Shown here in pieces: positions 1-12,000 of a stretch of 64,000 nt of DNA (position 1 is the stretch's first letter; each line of letters opens with the position of its first letter). The stretch is from an uncultured Clostridia bacterium. Lineage in GTDB: Bacteria; Bacillota; Clostridia; Christensenellales; UBA1242. A program made the position numbers and the translations under genes. The stretch lies in the NCBI GenBank assembly GCA_947591785.1, contig CANQDK010000002.1, positions 79,069-143,068 on the forward strand. Reading direction: 5' to 3'. The notes below the pieces were generated by a model that worked only from the letters and a program-made list of their open reading frames with translations, did not search any database and was not told the origin of the DNA.

Positions 1-1500
1 ATAAACAATCGCTTTTCCTTCTTCATGAGCAATAAGAGAACCATAATCTCTGCGATTAATTTCTCCTCTGTAAGGCATATAATCATAGAAAATTGAATTG
101 ATAATTCCTTCTCCTCGTGTGTCTGTCAAAAATTCACTCTTAAATCCAAAAAGCCCCCTTGAAGGAATCAAAAATTCCATTCTCATTCTGTTTCCATGTG
201 GTGTCATTCCTTGAAGGTCACCCTTCCTGACACCCATTTTGTTCATTACAACTCCAACACAATCTTCTGGAACATCAAGATAAAGTCTGTCAATAGGTTC
301 GCATTTCACACCATCAATGGTTTTGATAAGAACTTTTGGTTGGCTTACCTGGAATTCATATCCATCTCTACGCATATTTTCAATCAAAATTGAAAGATGC
401 ATTTCGCCACGCCCTCGAACTTTAAATTTCTCAGCAGTGTCGCCATCTTCAACTCTCAAAGACAAATCTTTAACTGCTTCTTTATATAATCTGTCACGAA
501 GATGTCTAGATGTGACAAATTTTCCTTCTCTTCCCGCGAAAGGACTGTCATTAACCATAAATGTCATCTCAACACTTGGCTCTGCAATTTTCACAAATTC
601 AACTGGCTCAACAGCTGATTCATCACAAATAGTGTCACCAATAGTGACATCTTCAAGCCCTGCAACACAAACTATTTCTCCAACTTTTGCACTTTCCACA
701 GGAACTCTCTTTAAGCCTTCATACACAAACAGACTCACAATCTTTGAGCGAACTTTCTTGCTTTCATCATGATAGTTGCAAACAACAACATTTTGTCCAA
801 TATTAATGACGCCTCTTTCCACTTTGCCGACTGCAAGTTTTCCAACATAATCATTGTGTTCAGCGGCAGAAACAAGCATTTTAAGAGGCCCATTTTCATC
901 ACCCTTTGGTGCTGGAATATGCTCCAAAATTGTATCAAAAAGCGGTTTCATATCTGTGCCTTGTTTATTCATATCAACAGAAGCAACTCCAAGTCTTGCT
1001 GAAGCAAACACAAAAGGTGAGTTAAGTTGTTCTTCATTTGCATCAAGTTCAAGGAACAATTCCAAAACTTCATCAACAACTTCCTTAACACGAGCATCGG
1101 AACGGTCTATTTTATTGACAACAACAATAACTTTAAGTCCAAGAGACAATGCCTTTTCAAGCACAAATCTTGTTTGTGGCATAGGCCCTTCAAAAGCATC
1201 AACAACCAACAAAACGCCATCAACCATTTTGAGAACTCTTTCAACTTCGCCACCAAAATCAGCATGTCCTGGAGTGTCCACAACATTGATTTTAACACCA
1301 TTATAAAAGCAAGAAGTGTTTTTTGATAAAATTGTTATTCCTCTTTCTCTTTCAAGAGCATTACTGTCCATAACTCTATCTTCAACAACTTGATTATCGC
1401 GAAAAACATTCCCTTGTTTCAAAAGTTCGTTTACAAGCGAAGTCTTGCCGTGGTCAACGTGAGCAATAATAGCAATATTTCTTATTCCATTATTTTCCAT
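1..1500 (-). CDS. typA: Translational GTPase TypA/BipA (partial; C-terminus lies beyond the left window edge)
   Basis: Absent from the ORF track because no stop falls inside the window. My minus-strand translation from the ATG at 1500..1498 reads MENNGIRNIAIIAHVDHGKTSLV...VDTPGHADFGGEVERVL...VVVNKIDR... and stays open to position 1. It shows GTPase G1/G3/G4 motifs and BipA-like downstream domains. Confidence 0.9.
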   Translation of the reverse strand, partial: MENNGIRNIAIIAHVDHGKTSLVNELLKQGNVFRDNQVVEDRVMDSNALERERGITILSKNTSCFYNGVKINVVDTPGHADFGGEVERVLKMVDGVLLVVDAFEGPMPQTRFVLEKALSLGLKVIVVVNKIDRSDARVKEVVDEVLELFLELDANEEQLNSPFVFASARLGVASVDMNKQGTDMKPLFDTILEHIPAPKGDENGPLKMLVSAAEHNDYVGKLAVGKVERGVINIGQNVVVCNYHDESKKVRSKIVSLFVYEGLKRVPVESAKVGEIVCVAGLEDVTIGDTICDESAVEPVEFVKIAEPSVEMTFMVNDSPFAGREGKFVTSRHLRDRLYKEAVKDLSLRVEDGDTAEKFKVRGRGEMHLSILIENMRRDGYEFQVSQPKVLIKTIDGVKCEPIDRLYLDVPEDCVGVVMNKMGVRKGDLQGMTPHGNRMRMEFLIPSRGLFGFKSEFLTDTRGEGIINSIFYDYMPYRGEINRRDYGSLIAHEEGKAIVY

Positions 1501-1813
1501 AAAATTAAAGTCCTTTTTGTTATCTTCAGTTTTTTGTGAAAAATTCATATTTTCTAAACTTTTCATTATATGTTTAGGCATTTGAAACAGCATATTTACT
1601 GACTTCCAAATATAACTTCACAAAATGTTTATAACTTGTTTAGTATAGCACTAATTGGCAAAAAAAACAAGGGACAAAAGCCCTTTTTTATTAAAAATTT
1701 TAAAAATTAGATTATTTTTTGAATTAAAATTAGTTAAAAATGTTAAATTTTTAATTGTAAATTCTACAATATCCAATTTTAAATTAAAAACAATCAACTT
1801 TGAATTGTCAATT

Positions 1814-1935
1814 TTATAAAATATTCAACCCTAAATTAAAATCGTTCAATTTTTAAAGTTTATAAAATAATCAACATTAATTTAAAAAAGTTCAACATTA
1901 ATTTTATAAAATACTCAACTTTAAATTAACCATTT
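1814..1935. repeat. Degenerate ~45-bp AT-rich tandem repeat (three copies of TTATAAAATAnTCAAC...TAAATTAA)
   Basis: The 16-mer TTATAAAATA[T/A/C]TCAAC occurs at 1814, 1860 and 1904 (spacing 46 and 44 bp). Each copy is followed by a TAAATTAA-like word. The array lies in the 580-bp typA/lipoprotein intergenic region. Confidence 0.6.
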
Positions 1936-2081
1936 ATAACATTTGTCATCATTCTAAAAAATCAACAACTTTTTATTTGATTTTTAATTTTTTATATTTT
2001 TATATCTTATTTCTATTTTTTTGTTCCTGAATTTTTTATTTCTTTTTTTCTGTTTTTTCTGATTTTTGATTTTTCTTCCTT

Positions 2082-2948
2082 CTATTTTTCTTTTGTTTTT
2101 CGACTCTTCTTATTTTTTAAAATAAAATAAACTATAATCATTCCAATCAGGGTTATTCCAACTGCTAGAGCATACCAAATTGGAGTGTTTGGATAGACGG
2201 TAAAAAAACTTATTTTATTGTCATTTTCAATCTCTGCTTCAGATTTAATAAAGACATTATGATGAAAATTTGCATCATCATAACAAACATCAGATTTCAA
2301 TGCTGTTTGCTTGGTTGCATAATCATAAATAAAAACACTTTCATCAAACATACCTGAGAAAACAGATATATCGCTCAAATTTAAAAACTTTGCCCATGAT
2401 GTCAAAGCAAGCATATTTATTTGTTTTAAATTTTTTGCACTGCTAACAGATGAAATTGGAAATTTTGTTTGTATTTCAGTTTTTTTTATAAAAAATCCGC
2501 TTTGAACTGGCTTTTGAGTTTCTTGATTTTTATCTTCCTCCTGATTTGGCTCATTACCAAAAAAATTTTGTTGAGCTTCAATATTATCAAACAAAATAGA
2601 AAAACCAATTCCGTCAACATCAGAAAAATATGCAACTTTTTCAACACTCACGCCTTCGACAGCTTTTTCTTTGTTTTGTTCAGCAAGTGCATTGACATAG
2701 GTTGAAAGAAAAAGTCGATATGTTTTTATTTGCTCTTCACTGACACCTTTTTCAGATAAAATTGCCGAATTCACAGGAAAGATATAAGAAACAACAATTT
2801 TGCCCGAATTGTCCGCTTGTCTTATTATGCGAAAAGCGTTTTTTTCATAGATTTTTGAATAATCCACAACATCTGCTCCACAGCCACAAAGCATTAGACA
2901 ACTTACACATAAAACAAACAAAAAAAGAGTATAAAAGGCTTTTTTCAT
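2082..2948 (-). CDS. Hypothetical lipoprotein with a C-terminal transmembrane anchor
   Basis: 288-aa ORF. The N-terminus MKKAFYTLFLFVLCVSCLMLCGC is a signal peptide plus lipobox. The C-terminal hydrophobic helix IWYALAVGITLIGMIIVYFIL is followed by a KNKKSRKTKEK tail. It lies 77 nt downstream of the giant ORF on the same strand. Confidence 0.6.
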   Translation of the reverse strand: MKKAFYTLFLFVLCVSCLMLCGCGADVVDYSKIYEKNAFRIIRQADNSGKIVVSYIFPVNSAILSEKGVSEEQIKTYRLFLSTYVNALAEQNKEKAVEGVSVEKVAYFSDVDGIGFSILFDNIEAQQNFFGNEPNQEEDKNQETQKPVQSGFFIKKTEIQTKFPISSVSSAKNLKQINMLALTSWAKFLNLSDISVFSGMFDESVFIYDYATKQTALKSDVCYDDANFHHNVFIKSEAEIENDNKISFFTVYPNTPIWYALAVGITLIGMIIVYFILKNKKSRKTKEK

Positions 2949-3025
2949 ATCCTATTTATACTCTTTTTCGATTTTGATTATTCATAACAAAGTTTTTAAA
3001 TCTTTGTTTTAATAAATTTTCTCTA

Positions 3026-6000
3026 TCAGCCACCTGCCCTTCTTGTTGCATAAATCTTATCAACAGTTGCATTGTAAATTCCTGTGACAGTTGGTGTTGT
3101 TGTGCTGTCAGTGCTTAAGTCTAAGTTTCCTTTTTGAAGGACAACAACGCCACCAGCATAACATGTTATGGAATTGCTTGAAGAATCTGCCAGAACACTT
3201 ATGGAAGCATTGTTGCGTGCATTTATTTTTCCGTTTGAATTTGTGATTGCAATTCCCGCAATTTGAATTCCACCGCTTCCAGCACGAGTGATATGAATAC
3301 TCAAACTTGAACTGATTGATGTATTACAATTTTCGCCACCTTCAATTGTAGAGTAGTTTGTGTAAACAAGCCCTGCAATGAAAATGTTTTGAGCCCTTTC
3401 TTCAACAATTTCTGTTTGTGCAGTAAACACACAATTTCTTAAAGTTCCGCGATTGATAGAAGCAATTCCGCTGTAAGACATTGTTATCAAAGTGTTTGAT
3501 GCAATATATCCAACAAAATTTGTGCTGAATTCATCAATAACAACACTGTCAATTGTTCCATTGTTTATAATTGCAAGTCCTGAAACAAGCGAATGATTAT
3601 CAACATACTGTTCCTTTTCAAAATGTGCTTTTATATGCAAATTTCTTACTTCTGCATCTTGTTTTATTTCTCTAAACAATGCTGTCACATTTCTAAACTT
3701 AAATGGCCCTCCGCTTCCATTTGAAATTGCACTGTTTGAAGCCTCAATTGAAATTGTGTCCTCTTCTTTCAATTCAACAACATCTGTTGAAGTGTAGGTT
3801 ATCGTTGTGCCATTTCCACGCAAAACCCCATCAAAAACTCCATCAATAAGCACTCCTGAAAAACTCCCAAGTTCAAGTTCTTCTCCATCAACAACTTGAA
3901 TTGAGAAATAATATTTAGAGGAATCTCTATGTTGTATCCCATTTTCAGAATATTCAGTCAATTCTTTGCTTAATCGATATTTTATGTTCTTAAATTGCGT
4001 TGAATTTGTGATTATATATGGATTTTCATCAGTTCCTTGCCCACTTTCAAACAAATTGAATTCAATGCTGTCTGGCGAACCATTTCCATCTTCGTCATTT
4101 TCATCAAAATATTCTTTCTCGTCACTTTGTATGCTTGTTTGATTGAGTTTGACACGGACTTTGAGTTTCACGGTTGAAATTATTGTTGGTTTAAAACTGC
4201 TTTCTTTTGAGTTGTATGTTCTCACAGTTTGAGCATCACCAATAATATAGGTTGCTTCAATAACAAAGGTTGGTTTTTCAATTCGAGTTGTAGCAACTCT
4301 GTATGGCACATTTTCTATTTCAACAATAGAATAATCTCCCTGCGTTTCGAGAATTTTTACAAGAACACTTCCATCAAAATCTTGTGTTTTTATCACACCA
4401 TTTTCAATGTCGTCTTCAATTGTTCTTGTGACATCTGAGCGTTTAACAAAGAAGTATTCATCATCTTTGACAATCTTCAAATAATCTTTATCCCTGTCAT
4501 CTTCTGCAATTTCAAAGACTTCTCCTTTTGTCACAGTTTTATCTGAAGGATTTTCAAAATCTCCATCAATCCCATAAAGCAAGCACCCTTCATTTGCAGA
4601 ATAAACATATTTCAACTTTTCTGCTTTTACCTTTGAATTGAATGAATTAAATTGATAGTTCCATGAGAATTCTTGTTTAACACTGTCCCAAACAATATTC
4701 ACATCTTCAACGTCTGTCCTGTGAAGCATAAACGATTCGCTTGCATTACTGTTAAGTTTGCCTTCACATCGAACTTCAAACCAAACTTTTGAAATGTCGT
4801 TTTTGGTTATTATGACATAATCTTGAACATAACCTTCTGGCCATGAAACATCTCCCAAATTGACATTGTTTTTGAAAATATAGAGTTTGTTTTCATTGTT
4901 TGTAAATGTGACGTCTTTTGTGACTGCTCCGTTCATCATGTTTAGATCTTCAAAATGAGCAATAATTGTGTTGGTTTTATTACTAAAATCAGAGAAATAT
5001 CTCTCAAATGACAAATACTCAACCCCTGAAACAGACATAACTTCAAAATTGGTTGCATAAACGCCTTCAAGTTTTGTAAATTCCTTTGTTCTTGCAACAG
5101 AATTTACAAGAAGCGAATTTGGATTAAATTCTCCAACAGTCACATAAACTTGCAGGTTGTTTGTGCCAACAGGTATATCTCCAGATTCCTCAAAAGTTAT
5201 GGTGTAAACCCCATCTTCCATTGTGATTGTTTTTATGCCCGAATATTCATTTCCATTCACGTCTGCAACAACAAATCTATAGTAATATTCAATATTATCT
5301 GGGCTAAGTGTTTCTCCTGCAACAGATGTTTCACTTGGCCTGTAAGTCCATGTCAACAAACCATTTTCATTAACTTTCAAACTGTTTTCATCAATCGGTT
5401 TAATTCTCTTGATTCCCTTCAACACAACAGGTTCGCTCATCAAAATGCCATAGTTGTAATTATAGTATTTTGCACTTCCCCCAGCATAACCGCCTTCAAC
5501 AAGTGGAACTGAACTCAAACCCTTTTGAAGTGCTGTTGCTTGAACATACACTTTGTATAAAACATCTTCAGTGTCAAGTTCTGGATTTTCCTTCAAATTA
5601 AGGAAATCAAAAACAACATTTCCATTTGATTTTGCAGAAGTATAGAAAGTTTCAATATCTTTTTCTGTGCCAACTCTAGTGTCTGCTCCTTCAACATCGC
5701 TCGTCTTATATCTCTCAATCCTGATTCTATAAACATCAAGAGCATCAGTTGGAATTGTGTAAGAGGTTTCGTCCATCTTGCGTTCACTCACAGGCTTGAA
5801 ATTGATTAAACCATTTTCAATTTTCAAAGATTCTTCATCAATCTTATCAAGCATAATTGCTGGCAAAGAACCAACATCACTCTTGACAATAATATTCCCT
5901 GATGTTTCTTCACCTGTTTTAGAGTCCACACATTTGAGATTTTTGATATAATACGAACTTGTTGTTTCGGCTTCGCCTTTTACAAAACTTGCAGACGAAC

Positions 6001-9000
6001 CAAGACTTTCTGCATAGAACATCTTTGCAGAAAATTCTGTTGCCTTGAAGATGCCTTCTGGACTGTTTGGTTCAAGTCCAGGAACAACACCAACCTCATA
6101 TTCAAAGCCAAAATATTCTTTCTCATCACAAATTTGCAGATATGTCAACCCAGAAGTTGAACTGTCATTATAGAGGTTATAAACATATTTGTCTGTGTCA
6201 GAATAGCTGTTTGCAAGTGCATTTCGGTTTTCTTCATTGCCTCTTATGTAGAGTTTTCCGAGATTGTTTTCCAAATTTGGAGAATAGAGTTTAAAGACAT
6301 TTTTCACTTGAAGCATATCACTGTCAACATAAACTGTGTTTCCAGTAACACCACCAATCAAAAGGAAACGTATGTATTCATAAGAACCAGCACCTGCTCC
6401 ATCAGAGCCAATTCCACTGAGTGAGAACACTGGGTTTGCCAAATCTCCAGAAACTTTTCTTGAATCTTCAACAGCACCAGTTTGTTTGTAAATCACATAA
6501 GTATCGCGATTTTGTTGTGTTTGCCATGTGAACTGTCCATCTCTAATTTGGAATTGTTTAAGTTCCAACAAAGTCATTAAAAACATTTCCGACTTGCTGG
6601 ATAATGAATATTTTGTTCCAATCGCACATATTTGGAATTCTTTTGGAGCGGATCTTTCAATTTCATTTTCAAATTTCCCAAGCAAAGATTCTCCACTGTT
6701 GTAATTTATATAAAATTCCAAACTATCTCCATTTTCAGTCACACTCAATGTCGAGAAACTGGAAGAATTTGATAAACATTGTATTCTCCAACCGCTTGAT
6801 TGAATCAAACTGAAATATGCTTCTCCAATTTTAATGTAATAGCCTTCGGCATCTTTTTGGACATAACCTGATGAAATCTCATCATAAGTCCAAACCTTGC
6901 TCTTTTTCACAGTAACTTTCAAGACTGTTGTGTATTCTTGAGATTTTGTTCTGTCAATCTGTATGGTAACATCTGGCTCTTCATTAATGAAAATCTCATT
7001 TGTCCCTTTTGCGTTCTCATAACTATACATATAAGAATTAAGCGAAAATGCATTTCCAAGCAAACAATATTCCAACTTATATTTCCCTGCTTGTAAAGTG
7101 TTGAGACAGTCATCAATAAACAGTGCTGGCCCACCCAAACCTCTTGATGCTTTTTCAATTCTTTCATAAAAATTCATAAGAGTCGCCTTGCTTGAACCCA
7201 AAGTTGTGGCCTCAACCAATTCTTCAATTCTATCTCTCAAATTTCCTTTTGCGTTCTGTGAATAGAAATCAATAAGGCTCGACATCAGTTCAACAATTGG
7301 AATATCATAAGAGCGAGAATATCCTTTCACATCGGAATCTTCTCCTATTGGAGTGAATCTAAGTCTAAGATAGAGCATATTTTCTTCAAGCAAATCTTTC
7401 AAAGTAAATGTGAATGGCTCTTCAAAAATTGTGTTCTCACTTGCAAGTTCTTCTGCTATCATTGACAGACTTGTTGTTCCATCTGGCTGTTTTGTCAATA
7501 AATTGAAGAATTTTCCATCTTTATCCCAATCAATATAAAGCCTTCCTTTATCATCAAGATTGACAACTGATTCCTTAACTTGATTTCGTCTAACCATGAT
7601 AGGTTCACCATCAACTCCACCATAATAAGTGCGTGCAGAGGAAACAACTGACAAATTGTTTGTATCTTCACAAACTGCCTGCACTGCAACAAAAATACGA
7701 GTTTCATCACATGGCATTTTTGAAGTGTCAACTGTTGTCGATTTTGTCTTTATATATGCCCACGATGTTGGACTTTCGTCTAAAATGTTGGAAACAAAGA
7801 ATACATAATATTGCTCAGCATCAACACCAGCCCAACTCAAATTTCCTCCACGAATTATGATTGAAGAAACGTTTCTATAACGACTAAATTGGAATTTTTT
7901 GCCATTCTTGTCGGTTGAAATCCATTCCGAAACGCAATACAAATCTCCCTTTGTGGCAACTTTTGCAAACTCTACCTCAAACATTCCGGACTGCCCTTCA
8001 AGTTTTTTATTGTTAAAAACATGCTCAACAAGATTAATTGCAAAGGTGTCTGTTCCAAAATATGGATTTGCAAGAAGTTCTTCTTTTGAAACAAAAACAG
8101 AATCAATAAACTCGCCTTGCTTTAACTTGACATAGAATCCTGAAGTGATAAATCCGCTTTTATCAGCATCATCTTTATTATCAAACAAAACATAAGTGTT
8201 GACAAAATCTTCTTGAACTGTTCCGTCACCTTTTGATGCTGCATCTTTTCCAAGTTTAACAACTTCTTTAAAATATATATCTTCAATATATGAAAATTTA
8301 TATTCCTTTGGCTTTGACGCAAGATAAAGAGCTTCTTCCGTGCTTTCTTTGTATGCCCAGAATGTCAAACTCATGTTTGCGGACAATTCAATATTCCCCA
8401 CTTTTTCATTTAAGGCTGTCAATATATCCAAAAGCGAATACCTGAAATCAACTCCCAATCCAGAAGAAGACATCTCTCCATTTGTCAATTTGATTGAAAC
8501 AACTTCATTTCTGTCCAAACTGTTTCCGTTCTGCCCAACATAAAGGAAATTTGTATCGTCAAGAGTGTCCAAAGTGAATGTTATTCCATCTGGATTGTTT
8601 GGATTATATTGAATATCTAAAATATCATTGACTTTATAGAAACCAAACTCTCCATAAGAAGAATATGGCATTGAATCCAACACAAAATTTGCATGTGATG
8701 CAGGCCCTTCACCAATTATAACAATCTCAATATTGAAAGCCTGATAAATTTCTTCTTTCAAATCGATTTCAAGAACAACAGAAGTTGAATTAAGAACAGT
8801 CGTTGTTCTCCAAGCCTGAATTGGCCTTATTTGAGTTCCTTCAACAACAATATAACGATACATCAATTTTTGTCCTTCTTTAAGGTTGGAAAGATAGATT
8901 CTTCCCATTGAAATTGACACATCTTCTTTTTCAATTGGATTTCCAACTATGGTAGCACTGAATGTGCAATCGTGTGAATTGTTGTAATTTTCCCCATCAC

Positions 9001-12000
9001 CAACTGTGACGAGTTCAAACCAAACATCACAATCACCACTTTGCAATTCTAATTCAGAGAATTTTCCAGCACCAATCAAGTTTTCATAAGATTCGCCAAA
9101 AATGTCAAATAATTTGCGTTTGACATAATTTCCGCCTCTGCCACTATCATTAACATAAGAGCTGTCGGTTTCATAAGTGTATAAAAGTTCACCCTTTTCT
9201 CCATTTGAAAGTTTGTAGATTCTCAAAACATAACCTTCCGCATTATCCACAGCCTTCCAAATGAGAGACATTTCATCATCAAGACGCTCAATTTGAACAG
9301 TTTCCGAATCAACACGTTCAATTCTTCTCATCGTGAATGAAACTTCTTTTTCAACTGAAGAAACGTAGTATTTTGTTTGTGTTGAAATCACTTCTGTTTC
9401 ATGCGTTGCCATAACCTTCAAATTGAATTGCCCATTTTCCCAGTTGTCAGGAGCATCAAAGACAAATTCTCCATCAGCATTTGCTTTGACAATATTTATT
9501 TCAGCATTGTTCTTTACAAAATACGCAACTTTATTGTCTTTCCCACCAGTGATTTTAAAGCCATTTGATGCTCGAACAATATTTTCATCGCCAACACTTG
9601 CAAGCACTTCATAAGGTTCGCTTTCCTTCATTCCAGAAGGATTTGTTTGTGGGCCACCCACAGAAGCAAGAAAATATCTTGAATTTTCCGCACTGTTATT
9701 GACAAAGGCACTGACTTTGATTATTCCACCAGAAGAGAGATTTTCATTAAACCAAGAAGCCTGATTTTCGCCTAAATCATATTCAAATTGCCCCTCACTT
9801 CCAAGTTCTTCACCAGAGAAAGGCACAAAGAACGCTTTTGTAACTTTCACACTTGACAACGCATCATTATTGAAAATGTCAACCTTTAAAATAACGCCTT
9901 TTGCAAGTTCTTGAGCATATTCCGTATTATATGAAAACTTCACAACTTTGCTGTAACCTATTTGTTCTTCTTTAAATTCAACCGCTTCCAAATCATGAGC
10001 ACGTTTTAGTGTCAAAACCAAAGCTGAAGAAGGAATAAAGGCTTGAGCATTATCTCCTTCACTTACGGCAAAAATTTCAAATATTAAATCATGTTCAACA
10101 GAGAGATAGTTTGCAATTTCACTGCTTTCCAATGTAAAACTGTAAGTTTCGATTTCTTTTGAAACACTCTCCTTACGCAAAAATTCTCTTCCTGTTGATG
10201 CAACACGATAAATTTCAAACGTTCCAGTCTGATTGTAATCTCCCTTTAAAGAAATCTTAACATTAGGATATTGTGCATTAAGCGGATTTGAATCATCATA
10301 AACATATTCCAACCCACCAATTTCTGGTATGGCAAGCTTTTGAGTTTTTGCAGATGCATTGTATATGTAATGATTACATTCACCCACACCTTCATCTTCG
10401 GTGTTCAAAAGTTTTTGTGCTTTTGCAAAATAAATATCCCCTGCAACAGCAGAATATGGTTTTAAATGTGCGGACAAACTTACTGTGATTTCTCCAGCAT
10501 TTAACACTTTCAAATCTTCAAGGAGTTTTTGAGCATTTTTATCTTCTGCATCTGTCAAGTTGACACTTGTATTTTCAGTCCTATATGTTACTATTTTGTT
10601 TAAACTATCTTTAAAGATTAAAACATATTCCAAAGATGGCAGATTCTTTTCAACTCCATAAGGATTCCAAGAAACTATGTTCCCTGCAAAATTGATTTCA
10701 TCATTTGAAGGTTTAACATCTTCTCCATTCATTTCTTTCACAGTCCAAGATGCAACCTCACTGTCAATGTAATAGGTTGTGCAGAGAAGTTTTCCTTGCT
10801 CTTCTTGTTCAGGATTTTCTCTTTGCTCAAGTTTTTTACCAAGAATAGTGAAATCGTATTTTGTTCCAGTTTCGTCAATTTCCACACTGCCTGAAAGTTT
10901 ATCTTCACTTATTGTTCTTCCAGAACTTTCAACCTTAACCGCCTTTGTATAATCCGCCTCTGGAGCGTTATACAAAAGTTGAGCAGAGTCTGTCAAAGTC
11001 ACTTTATCAAGCGATTTGAGTTTGTAAATCTTGACGTAAGATGATTCATTTGATGTTAAGAATTGTGGGTGCGAAACTTTAATATAGAATGTGAAAAATT
11101 TCTCCGCTTCCTTATATTCGCTTGTAAAATTGGTGAATGTGTTTGCAGAAACTTTACCAATCAAGGTGTCGTCACCTTTTTCATTAAGCAAATAAATCTC
11201 ATATTCAACATTTGTAAGTTGTTGACTGTTTAATGCCTCTCCGCCAACCGTGGCAGAATTCCAAGAAAGAGTGTATGTTTGTCCTTCAGCACTGAATGTT
11301 GGAACAACTTCGTCAAATTTCTTAACTTCTATTGTTGTTTCAGAACTTGCACTCTTTGCAAACAAAGAGGAAATCTGAACAAATTTTGAATCATCATTAT
11401 CTCTTTCAATGTTTTGATAAGCAAAAGCACGAAATTTGATTGAATCGGCTTGTGCAAATTCTGCACTTAAATCTTCAACTTGGTTAAGTTTGTCTATGAA
11501 ACTTTGAATGTTGATTGAAATTTTATTATCTTCACTTTCTTCAACATAATCCACTTTAGGCCCAAAATCATGAGAATATCCATCAACAGACACGCTTTGA
11601 GTGTCAAATCGAACAGTGTAGGATTTTGAATCCCCATTCACTCCCACACAAACAATATCAACAACATAATATTTTGTCGCACTTGATTGTTCATGATTGA
11701 AAACAAGTTTTCCATTATTATATTCAAAATTTGTTGGAGTTGACAAGCGTTGAAAATCAATAGTTGATTCACCGCTTTCCAAGAATGTTGTCAAAACTTC
11801 TTGCGAATCTTGATTTTCCTGTCCAATATCAAAGTAATTTCCATCTATGTTTGAACCTTTCAAATTTATATTGAGTGAGAATTTAACATAATTTCCTTCT
11901 TCGTCAATAATTTTGATAGTTGTGTCTTCACTTGTGTTTGAAAGAAGTCTACCATTTTGAGAAACAACAATTTCGCTGACACCATCTTTTTTTCTGATAG

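Noticed and set aside
1501-2081. AT-rich repeat region as a replication origin (DnaA boxes) or a CRISPR array
   Set aside because: No TTATCCACA-like DnaA boxes and no dnaA/dnaN are nearby. The repeats are degenerate, ~45 bp phased, and lack the unique spacers or conserved repeat ends needed for CRISPR. No cas genes are in the window.
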